DNA from: Verrucomicrobiota bacterium
Lineage (GTDB): Bacteria > Verrucomicrobiota > Verrucomicrobiia > Limisphaerales > AAA164-E04
Length of the DNA: 64,000 nucleotides
Reading direction: 5' to 3'
Assembly: GCA_047947115.1 (NCBI GenBank)
Contig: CP170459.1
Location: 2,075,218-2,139,217 of the forward strand
The position numbers were made by a program, and so were the translations under genes. Below are positions 19,488-29,300 of the stretch, one piece after another (the stretch's first letter is position 1; the number at the start of each line of letters is the position of its first letter). The notes under the pieces were generated by a model, which did no database searches, had not been told where the DNA came from, and saw nothing but the letters and a program-made list of their open reading frames with translations.

Positions 19488-20899
19488 GGTTGGGTCGTTT
19501 TAAGTGATTGGGTGGAGTCGGGTAACAGTGAATGTGTGCCGAGGAGCTTTTCCAAGTTGGCTGTTGCAATGGCTCGATCTGCCAGGGCGCGTTGATATGA
19601 CAACTGGAATTCCAGGAGCAAGCGTTGTGCATCGATGAGTTCCAGGAAATCTGATTGCCCGGCCTGATAGGATTGCTCCGCTACTCGCAGAGCGTTTTCG
19701 GTCAGGGGAGTCAAAGAATTTTTATACAAACCAAGTTTTCGCTCCGCATCCCTGTAGTTGAACAGCGCCATGGCAAGATCCGTTTGCAATTCATTTTCAC
19801 GCTGCTTCAAGCGGAGTTGTGCTGCGGAAGTGTTGGATTCGGCCTGGCGAACAGCGGCCTTGTTTTTGCGGTTCCAGATGGGAATGTTAAAGGCACCGGT
19901 GATCATCACCGGATCTTTGCCGTTGTCGCTTATCCCTGCTGTTGCCGATGGGGCGGTTTGGATGTAATCCAGCCCCAACGTGAAATCCGGTCGATTGTTT
20001 TTGAGGGTCAGTTGGATGGATTTCCGGCTTTTTTCCACTTCGGCCTGCAAGGCCGCCAGGTCCGGGTGTTGCAACAGCATGGTATCCATAGAGGTTTTGC
20101 TCGGTAGCTGTAAGGTCTGAGTGTTTCCAAGTTTTGGGACAGGAAGGAAGGTGTTCGGGGGGCGATTCATTTCCGTGTTGAGTCTTGTGGTCAGGGGAAG
20201 GATCATGTCCTGAAGGCTCAGCAGTCGATCTTCGAGCTTTCCAATCTCGACCTGCGCTTTCACGACTCCTGTGACGTCACTACCGCTTCTGAAACTAGCC
20301 TGTGCAACGCGTTCGAGGTGTTTCATGAGTTCAATGTTTTCCTGGGTGATCCGGATGGATTCATGCAGATAAGCCAGCTCGTTCCATGTTGTTTTGACGG
20401 ATTGAAACAATCTGCGCTTGGTTGATTCGTAGACCTGCCAGGCGGCTTCTGCATCGTGATCGGCCATCTGGCCTGCCAGGGTTCGTTTTCCAAACCATGG
20501 AAACATTTGGGAAAGCCCCACACGTTGTTGCTGTGGGCCGACTCTTGTCTCAACTTCACGGATGAAATACCCGTAGGAGAACTTGGGATCCGGCAGCGCC
20601 GTCACCTGAGGGCTTTTTTCAAGAGCAGCTTGCCACGCTTCAAAAGCGGCTTTCATCCCTGGGTGTCGCATTGCCGCCATGGAGAGCACATCTTGCAGGC
20701 TTGCGTCCGGACTGAGTTCGGGATGATTTAATTTCGTTGGTTGAACGGGTGTTAGGGCACCGCTTCCAATCGGGTGTGAGATTGCTTCTGTCCGCTCTGC
20801 ATCATGCCTGGTCTTTCCGGAGGCGCATCCTGTCAGGGCTCCGATCAAACCACTTAATATCAATTTGTTTGCAATAGAAAAATTAGCCGTTGTTTTCAT
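19484..20899 (-). CDS. TolC-family outer-membrane efflux lipoprotein (CusC-like)
   Basis: Lipobox LIGALTGCASG and the two-repeat TolC architecture. Its stop overlaps the adaptor start (ATGA at 19484-19487). Confidence 0.85.
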   Translation of the reverse strand: MKTTANFSIANKLILSGLIGALTGCASGKTRHDAERTEAISHPIGSGALTPVQPTKLNHPELSPDASLQDVLSMAAMRHPGMKAAFEAWQAALEKSPQVTALPDPKFSYGYFIREVETRVGPQQQRVGLSQMFPWFGKRTLAGQMADHDAEAAWQVYESTKRRLFQSVKTTWNELAYLHESIRITQENIELMKHLERVAQASFRSGSDVTGVVKAQVEIGKLEDRLLSLQDMILPLTTRLNTEMNRPPNTFLPVPKLGNTQTLQLPSKTSMDTMLLQHPDLAALQAEVEKSRKSIQLTLKNNRPDFTLGLDYIQTAPSATAGISDNGKDPVMITGAFNIPIWNRKNKAAVRQAESNTSAAQLRLKQRENELQTDLAMALFNYRDAERKLGLYKNSLTPLTENALRVAEQSYQAGQSDFLELIDAQRLLLEFQLSYQRALADRAIATANLEKLLGTHSLLPDSTQSLKTTQP

Positions 20900-21006
20900 G
20901 GTGGTATCTCATTGGATCAATGGTGTTTGTTTGTGTCAGTACGCACACAAACACAAAGGAGGATCATCATCGGAAACGTACACACGTCACCTGGAAGATC
21001 TTTTGA

Positions 21007-21363
21007 TCATATGAGATACGAGCAGAACAACGTGTAGGCGGGAATGCCGGTCGACTTCACCGCAAGCGGAGGGGCGAATGAAGACATCCTGACATCGGGG
21101 TCCAACGCGGCCAAATGAAATGACTGGATCATTTTGGCCAGGAGGGAAATCTTCAACTGAGTTTCCGTTTGTGGAGGTGTTGTGGGTGTTTCAGGTGTGT
21201 TGGGTTGAGATGCATCCACGCAGCAACTGTCTCCACCGCACTTGCAGTGACAGGGCACGGTAGTTTCGGCGTTCAACGACATACCCACAGCCTGCATCGT
21301 CGCGCCCAGTTGCCCGGCGACGAAGATCAGCATCAGAAGAATGGATGTCGTTTTCTTTAACAT
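21007..21363 (-). CDS. small secreted Cys-rich protein upstream of the metal efflux operon (possible metal-binding protein)
   Basis: ORF 21007..21393. ATG 21363 gives the signal peptide MLKKTTSILLMLIFVAGQLGATMQA, followed by PCHCKCGGDSCCVD and a Pro/Thr linker. It is 107 bp upstream of the TolC gene on the same strand. Confidence 0.45.
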   Translation of the reverse strand: MLKKTTSILLMLIFVAGQLGATMQAVGMSLNAETTVPCHCKCGGDSCCVDASQPNTPETPTTPPQTETQLKISLLAKMIQSFHLAALDPDVRMSSFAPPLAVKSTGIPAYTLFCSYLI

Positions 21364-21755
21364 TGTCTCTGGGTAGTGTAGTCTAGGTGCCAAAAAATGC
21401 GAGAGGAATTTAATAGGTGGAGGGGCGGGGCGCAGGTCAAAAATTATAAATCCAAATCTGGAGGGGCAAACGCCGCTTTGCTCCCACTTCTATGCTCAGG
21501 ACATATGCATGCCTTACGGTAGCGAAGGACATACTGCAAGCATTCGAACACCAGTGGCTTTCCGCGTTCCATCTCAATTGATCGGGAATGATTCAAGGAG
21601 AAGATTTGGGAACCGGGTGGCACCGGTCCCTCCTTTTCAAAATACTGAACGGCGCCCGATACCTCGATACCTCGGAGCACCAGAGTGCGCTTGCATCTTT
21701 CAGGGAACAATGTGAGTATCTCGCCAATCCATTTATTCAAATCATATCCACGATC

Positions 21756-23174
21756 ATGCAAATGTTTCTTCGTCGACTTTTGGTGTGCTCTGTTTTGAGC
21801 ACGGTTCTTTTTGGTTTCAACGTTTTTGGAGCCGCCAAACCCAACTTCATCCTTATCTTTATTGACGACCAGGGGTATGGCGATTTGAGCTGTTTTGGTT
21901 CAAAAATCATCAAAACACCCAACATCGACAGGCTGGCCACCGAAGGTCGTAAGTTTACGAGTTTTATGGTGGCATCGCCTGTGTGTACTCCATCTCGTGC
22001 TGCTTTGATGACTGCCTGTTACCCGAAGCGCGTTGGGATGCATCAGCATGTGTTGTTTCCTCAGTCCAAGAAAGGATTACATCCTGAAGAGCACACCATT
22101 GCAGATCATTTGAAATCTCAGGGGTATGCCACGGCATGTTTCGGTAAATGGCATCTCGGGCACCACCCGGAAGTGTTGCCGACTTCGAACGGGTTCGATA
22201 CTTACCTGGGCATTCCATACTCGAATGACATGAACCATCCCGACAACAAAGGAAAACCGCAAGGCGGTTGGCAGGGGATGGATATTTTGTGGAATGATCC
22301 TGAATCGACTCTAACCAAATGGAAGACTCCTTTGATTGAGGATGGGGAAATTGTCGAGTTGCCCGTTGATCAACGAACGGTGACGCGGCGTTATACCCAG
22401 AAGGCAATTGATTTCGTAAAAGCTCACAAGGATGAGCCGTTTTTTGTTTATCTGCCCCATACGATGCCGCATATCCCGCTTTATGTTCCCGACGATGTGC
22501 GTGATCCGGACCCTAAAAATGCTTACATCAACACGATCGAACATATTGACAGCGAAGTTGGGCGCTTGCTGGATGTGGTGGATGATTTGAAACTGACCGA
22601 GAACACCTATGTTATTTACACCACGGACAACGGTCCCTGGTTGCAGTTCAAGCATCATGGTGGTTCCGCCGGACCGCTGCGTGCGGGCAAGGGAACGACT
22701 TTCGAAGGCGGACAGCGTGTGCCTTGTTTAGTGCGGGGACCGGGTATACCCGCTGGAACCTTGTGCGACGAATTGACAGGAACGATTGATGTGCTTCCCA
22801 CTATTGCCGCCCTTACTGGTAAGCCATTGCCATCCGATAGAAAAATTGATGGCATCGACGTTTCCGGACTTTGGAATGGAACCCTGAATCGCTCGCCGCG
22901 CACTGAATTCATTCACTACACATCGGTTGGCAATCTGGAAGGACTCAGGCAGGGAGATTGGAAAATTCTGGTCAAGAAACCGCGTAACCAAAACAATCAG
23001 CAAGGTGGCCCGAATCCGACTCAGATCATGTTGTTTAATCTAAGAGACGATGTAGGTGAACAAAACAATCTTGCCAGTCAATATCCCGATCTCGTGAGGA
23101 TACTCACCCAACGCATGGAAGCTTTGGATCAGGAAATCACCACGAATGCCCGCGCTCCTTGGGTCACTGAATAG
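21756..23174 (+). CDS. formylglycine-dependent sulfatase (arylsulfatase A family), secreted
   Basis: ORF 21588..23174. ATG 21756 gives the signal peptide MQMFLRRLLVCSVLSTVLFGFNVFGAAKPNFILIFIDDQGYGDL. Active-site signature SPVCTPSRAALMTACYP (C-x-P-x-R). Confidence 0.9.
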   Translation: MQMFLRRLLVCSVLSTVLFGFNVFGAAKPNFILIFIDDQGYGDLSCFGSKIIKTPNIDRLATEGRKFTSFMVASPVCTPSRAALMTACYPKRVGMHQHVLFPQSKKGLHPEEHTIADHLKSQGYATACFGKWHLGHHPEVLPTSNGFDTYLGIPYSNDMNHPDNKGKPQGGWQGMDILWNDPESTLTKWKTPLIEDGEIVELPVDQRTVTRRYTQKAIDFVKAHKDEPFFVYLPHTMPHIPLYVPDDVRDPDPKNAYINTIEHIDSEVGRLLDVVDDLKLTENTYVIYTTDNGPWLQFKHHGGSAGPLRAGKGTTFEGGQRVPCLVRGPGIPAGTLCDELTGTIDVLPTIAALTGKPLPSDRKIDGIDVSGLWNGTLNRSPRTEFIHYTSVGNLEGLRQGDWKILVKKPRNQNNQQGGPNPTQIMLFNLRDDVGEQNNLASQYPDLVRILTQRMEALDQEITTNARAPWVTE

Positions 23175-23362
23175 GCCCTCGGACTTCATTTGCAGAAGCT
23201 GATTGTTGCCATTTCTATTTGCCAGCCTTTCAGTTGTCTTTTTTGGTGGGGAAGTGTCGTGATTATTCCATCGGTTGAAAGTTTGCAATGGCCTTGAACG
23301 ATGGGGTGATGACGGAATTTCGATAAAATGGTGGATTGATCCATCCATAAATAGATTGACTT

Positions 23363-26300
23363 TTGGTAAGGTTTTGTAAATCATTGGCCAACCAGTTATC
23401 AGTGACACGTTCGTCTTACAGCCTGGAGGCGTTGGAGCCTCGTGTGCTTCTTTCTGGGGATGGGCTTTCTGTTTTATCAGAGAGTCACGCGTCTTCTGGA
23501 GTCGAAGAAGATTTGTTCTGCGCTTCGGAGTCGTGTGAATTGATCCAGAATGAAACACAGGATGAAGTGACCGAATGGTTGATTGACGGAGATCTTGATG
23601 CATTAGATTCTCTGTTCAACCAGGAGGGTACTTCGCAGGAGGACTGTATCTTCGCCGAAGAAAGTGACGCAGCGGGTGAGGCTGCAGTGAGCGGTCCACT
23701 TGAAGATGCTTCAGACGGTGAAACTGAGGAGCAGGGTGATGCTCCAACTTCCGATATTTCCAATTTTATTCCCGCTTCAGATATCCTTTCCGAAACATCG
23801 CTTTTGGTGACGGATCAGCCGGGAGATTTCGATTTATTTTGCTATTGTTCACGTCTGGTTGAGACGTTGAATGTGGGCAATGCCCCCCCTGCTGGTGAAA
23901 CCTGTTTGCCTGGCGAAAGCGCGAGGCACGATTTGCCATACCATGTTGCATCTCAAACGGTCGACCAGGTCTCTGGTTTGTTCGTCTCTTTAACGCCAGA
24001 GCAGGCAGAGTCTGTTCTGGACTTGTCTATGAGTCCGCAAGGTTATGTGGCTCAAGTCGTTGATGCTTATGGTAAGCTTGTGGCCGAGCCGACAGAACTG
24101 TCGGTCGATGCGACGGTTGTCATCACGGGCAGTGACGACCTCGACGATACTCTTACCATCCGATTGCCGGAAGTGCACGCGGATGGATGGCTTGCCATTG
24201 CTTTTGAAGGCGGAGATGCAGGGTTTGATTCATTGGTTCTGGAAGGGCCGGACGGTGTGCTTGTTCAGTACGTTGCTGCAGGTCCTGATTCCGGTTCCAT
24301 TCAAGGTGAAGGGTGGGAGATTCATTACACCGGACTTGAGCCCATTACCGACAACAGTGATGTGGCCGACCGGTTGTTCACCGCGACCGGCTCGGATGAT
24401 ATCATTCGCTTGAAGGACGCCGATGAACCTGGATTCATGACCATTGAAAGTGACAATGGTTCTTTTGAGAGTATCAGCTTTCCTAATCCAACTTCCTCCC
24501 TGACCATCGATGCCGGCGGAGGAAATGACCAGATCATTATTGAAAGTTTGGATCCGGCCTTTGTCGCGGGAGCAAGTGGTTCGGCTGATCCGGAATTGCA
24601 TCTTCAAGGTGGCGCTGGCACGGACACCGTTTTTGTAAGTTATCCGGCGGACCTGATTCTCACCGATGCTTCCTTGGATGGTGGAAGTGATTTCAATTTG
24701 ATTTTTGATGATGTTCCCGATCAAGTCGTGGTTTCGGGCGGAGCGATTGACGCTTCGGCTTTTTCCGGCGTGGCTGTGGTGGTACCGGGTGTGCCGGATT
24801 GGCAGGACGAGGGCCCCGGGCTGATTCATTCGGATCTCACAAAAGATGCTCCTTTCCCTGAATCAGGTGCAGTTGAAGCGATCGCAGTACATCCGGGAAA
24901 CGATCAAATCCTTTTTGCCGCGAGTGTAAACGGTGGCGTTTGGCGGACTGAGAATGGAGGGCAGACCTGGACGGCGATGACCGATGAACTGCCATCACTG
25001 TCCTTTACGTCCATTGCCATACATTCCCATGATGCGGATGGTAACTTGGTGGATGCTTCCACGCCTGTTGGCAAATTGATTGTTTTTGCTGGAACAGGTC
25101 AACGAAGCGCCAATCACGAAGGTGGATTGGCGATCGGTTTGCTGCGTTCTCAGGATGGAGGAGATACCTGGGAATTGGTGGGTGTGCCGGATATGACCGG
25201 TTTGCCGCTCAGCGCCATTGTGGCAAAACGCATTTCCGGGCAGGACATTGTGCTTGTTGCAGCTGAAGGAAAAACGGTCAGAGAATCCAGCAAAGTGGAA
25301 ATGCTTGGTTCACCGGATTTGACCTTCAGCGACCAGGGTGCATCATCGGATACCATCACGCGATCCGCTGGCAGCTGGATAGATGATGGTTTTGCATCCG
25401 GTCACGAGATTGAGGTAGATGGTACCACCCGAAATGATGCGACATACAAGATTGCTTCCGTCACTGCGACCGTAATGACCTTGGAGGCCGACTCAATTCT
25501 GGTGGATGAAGCCAGTGTCAGCGGAGTAAAGGTCATCACTTCCTTGAAGGTCAAGTTGTTGAAAGAGGGAGGTGTTTTTCGTAGTGTGGATGGAGGGGAT
25601 ACATTTACCCAGATTCAGCCCATTGACCCTGCCGCGCAATTTTTCCCTCTGGACGAGCGCCATTTTCCGACCGGATCTGTGACAGATCTGGCCATTGATC
25701 CTGGGGCGGAAGAACGCATCTATGCCGGTGTTCGAGGCGGCGGGGTCTATCGTTCCGATGACGCCGGAGCTACTTGGACCGCCGTGAATACGGGGTTAAC
25801 CCTGGCAACCGATGACTGGGACAATGACGGAAACGGCTATGTCGATGATGCTGATGAAACGGCAGTAGGGGTGCAACGTATCTTATTAGCGGTCCAGGCA
25901 GATGATGCATCGGCGACAAACGAGGTCTATGCTGCATTGGTTGGTGGGAATGATCATTTCATAGGGATATTCAAATCCGACGATCAGGGGGCTAATTGGT
26001 CTTTGCTCGGAGAAGCTCCCGGACGTCCCGAATTTGAATTGAGTTTTCCTGTCACATCGAATGCCGGGCTCATCGACTTCCTCGATAACAATCCCGCTCA
26101 GGATACGGTTGTGCGATCGACTGGCAGTTGGATTCGGGATGGCTTCCAAGCGGGGGATTACATTGAAATAACCGGATCTGCTGCAAGCGATGGGGTTCAT
26201 TTGGTGGCTTCCGTCAGTCATGACACATTGACGATGGATGCGGGTGTTGCCCTGGATACCGAAGTTTATTTGCGCAGTATCAAAGGGGCTCCGGAATTGA

Positions 26301-29300
26301 CCTTTGCCGATGCGAATCCCGATACTATCACGCGTAGCGTGGGGAGCTGGGTTGAGGACGGGATTGTGAAGGGGCATGAGATCAAGATCTCCGATACAAC
26401 GGGCAATAATGGCACCTATACCGTGACCGGAGTCACTCCGCTGGTGTTGACGCTATCTGGTTCGGATTCACTCACAGCAGAGACCATTCAGACCGCAGTA
26501 GAAATCAAAGCAAGTGCCACCGAATACGATGGTCCGGGAACGCTTCAACCTCAGATTCACCGCGGCAGCCAGGGCGAATTGCATTTCTCAGTCACGGCGG
26601 ATGCCGATGGCAATATCTATCTGGGTGGGGACCGGCCTGCCCATATTTTCCGTTGGGATCAAACAACCAGCCAATGGGATCACATCACCAAGCAAAACGC
26701 CACGGGCACACGTTCGCATGCTGACTCAAGAGTCTTGATTCTGGATGGAGCAGGGCAGCTTTTGGATGGGGATGATGGAGGCGTGTATCGTTTACTTAAC
26801 CCTGGTGACAATGCCACGGTGACCATGACGGGATCTCCGCGCGTCACTTTCGTGGATGCCAATCCTGACCAGGTTCAACGCTCTGCCGGAAGCTGGATCA
26901 CGGACGGGTTTGTCGCAGGTCAACGCATTGGTGTGACAGGTAGCTTTTCTTTGTATGGGAATGACGGGGTTTACACGATTGCCTCAGTTACCGCTTCCAC
27001 TCTTACACTGGTTGCATCTGATCAGCTTCAATCCGAAGGCCCCAGATCTGGCGTCACAGTTGTCTCTTATCCCGCTTTGGCCGGCAATCCGAACCTGACT
27101 TTTGCGGATGCCTCGCCGGATACCATCACCCGTTCGGCCGGGAGTTGGGTTTCCGATGGATTTGCTGTCGGACATCACATTGAAGTATCAGGTTCATCGA
27201 GCAACGACGGCATTTATACGATTTCCGAATTGACCGCGACTCTGTTGAAAGTAACGGCAGCCGATAGTCTTGCTGCCGAAGGGCCCGTCAATGGAATCCA
27301 TGTCTGGCAGAATCGTGAGTGGAAGAGTCTGAATGCATCCCTTGGTGCCACGGAGATTCTTTCCATGTCTTACGACCCGGTCAGCAATGTCTTCTTCGCC
27401 GGTACTCAGGATAATGGTGTCATTGAACAGCCTTTTCCGGCTGACGGTGTTGACAATGACGGGGACGGTATCGTAGATGAACCGGATGAACGCTTCAGGT
27501 GGTCTGTTGTGCTGGATGGACGCGGACTTCCGCCGGGCGATGGCAACATCACCGCCGTGGCGTTGTTGGATTTGGATGACGATGGGCAGATTGACGAAGT
27601 GCGTCGCTATACCATGTCCAATAATCTCGTCAGTTTTACCCAGCGCCTTTTTGACGAAAATGGAGCACTGATCCCGGGAACGAATCAACTTGTCGGACTT
27701 GCTTCTCCTGTGTCGCAAACCGTGAACTTCACTGTCAACATCGGCAGCGACCAACTTACCATCAATGATCATGGCTTGGTGACCGGAGACGGACCCTTCA
27801 AAGTGGACGTTTCCGGAGGAGGTAGTCTTCCGGCCGAACTGTCAACAGATGCGCTATATTGGGCCATTCGGGTTTCTGACAACGCCATTCAGTTGGCCGC
27901 CAATCAGCAGGATGCTTTGGATGGAAGCCAGATCAATTTGACCACGGATGGCTCGGGGACACGTCAGTTGACGAAACCTTTCCTTAGCTTTGGCAATGCC
28001 GCCATTGACGATCCCACCGATCAGATAACCATTCCCAATCATGGTCTGGCAACGGGAGCCGGGCCGTTCCGTCTGGTGACCAGTCGGGGTAGTGATTTTG
28101 GAAGTGGCCTTTATCCCTACATAGATTACTACGTCATTCGGGTGGATAACGATACCATTCAACTGGCACGTTCCAAGGCTTTGGCCAATGCGGGAACCGA
28201 TTATTCCATCAAGGACAATGGTTCCGGAGCTTTCCAGCTTGTCTCTCGATTGAGTGGTTTGAACGGCAACGATGCTGCTAAGTACACCAGTGGTTTTCGG
28301 GAGTTGGCATACGCTGTCAATCAAGTGGATGACACCCGAATGTTGCTTGGTTTGAATTCGGTTTATGCCAGCGTGAATATCGGTAGTGACGCGACTCCTT
28401 ATTACGATGGTTTGGGAACGGTGCAGAGATTGTTCACTCATCCAAGCAGCGGTCAGTTCACTTCACTGGTTTACGGAGGTTCCAAGAATGGTGTTGAGAA
28501 TCCCGATGTGGTTTATGCCTCCAGCTGGTCTCGCATTTATATTCAGGTTGCCAATGCCATGACGGGTAACCCCAATCTGGTATTTGCGGACAATGGGGCA
28601 AGCGAAGATACCATTACCAGATCGTCCGGAGATTGGGAGGCGGACGGGTTTGCTCCCGGTCAGGTGATTACCATCAGCGGTTCGTCTAACAACGATCACT
28701 CTTACACTGTTCAAGCCGTGACTCCTACCGTGTTAACGGTGACTTCCGGAGACAGTCTTACTGCCGAAGGGCCCGTGAATCAGGTGGCTGTAAGTCGTTT
28801 CAGCAGGGAAACCACCCCCGGTTCGGAAACAATCAACGGGTTGGTGCTAGATCCTGATGATTACGACATCGCTTATGCCATTTCGGATGCAAACGTGTAT
28901 CAGCGCACTGGACCTGGGAAATGGGAAATCATTTCAACCGAACTATCCAGCTTGTCATTGAAGAGTATTGAATTCGCCCAGGTAGGAGGGACGGACATCC
29001 TGCTGGTTGGCGGTGTGAATGGATTGTTCCGGGCAATCGATCCGCAGCCAGGAGTGACCTGGACGGAAGTGGGGCGCGGCTTGCCCAATACCTTGCTTCG
29101 TGACACAGATTATATCAGTCGCGATCCGGCTGATGCCCCGAATCCACACAACTTGTCCCGCGAAGATATTCTGTTGGTGGCGACTCAAGGTCGCGGTGCA
29201 TGGTTGACATTGTCGCCGGATGTTTATCTGGACGAAATGACTGAAATTCACATTGTGGGCGATGGCGGCAATGATGAGATCAAGATTGAACGTCGTGCAA

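Noticed and set aside
19484-20899. TolC-family gene considered as the outer-membrane component of a type I secretion system for the RTX-rich giant protein.
   Set aside because: It overlaps and is co-oriented with a CusB-like adaptor and a CusA-like pump, so it is best explained as part of the metal efflux operon. No T1SS ABC transporter is in the window. A moonlighting role cannot be excluded but is unsupported.
20900-21006. Hairpin gtttgtgt-cagtacgc-acacaaac in the gap between the Cys-rich gene and the TolC gene; considered as a terminator, attenuator or metal riboswitch.
   Set aside because: The stem is only about 8 bp and is made of low-complexity GT/AC sequence. No T/U run follows on the transcribed (minus) strand, and it resembles no riboswitch class I know.
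21444-21761. A 105-aa minus-strand ORF (MHDRGYDLNKWIGEILTLFPERCKR...FECLQYVLRYRKACICPEH...) between the sulfatase gene and the Cys-rich gene; considered as a possible metal regulator.
   Set aside because: I recognise no family. Its only Met start would overlap the sulfatase ATG in a divergent arrangement. It cannot be supported without a homology search, so I left it uncalled.
25307-28797. Whether the six ~75-aa repeats could be template and variable repeats of a diversity-generating retroelement or other hypervariation system.
   Set aside because: There is no reverse transcriptase ORF in the window. The copies are diverged at all codon positions rather than differing at adenine-specific sites, and they are in-frame domains of a single protein.
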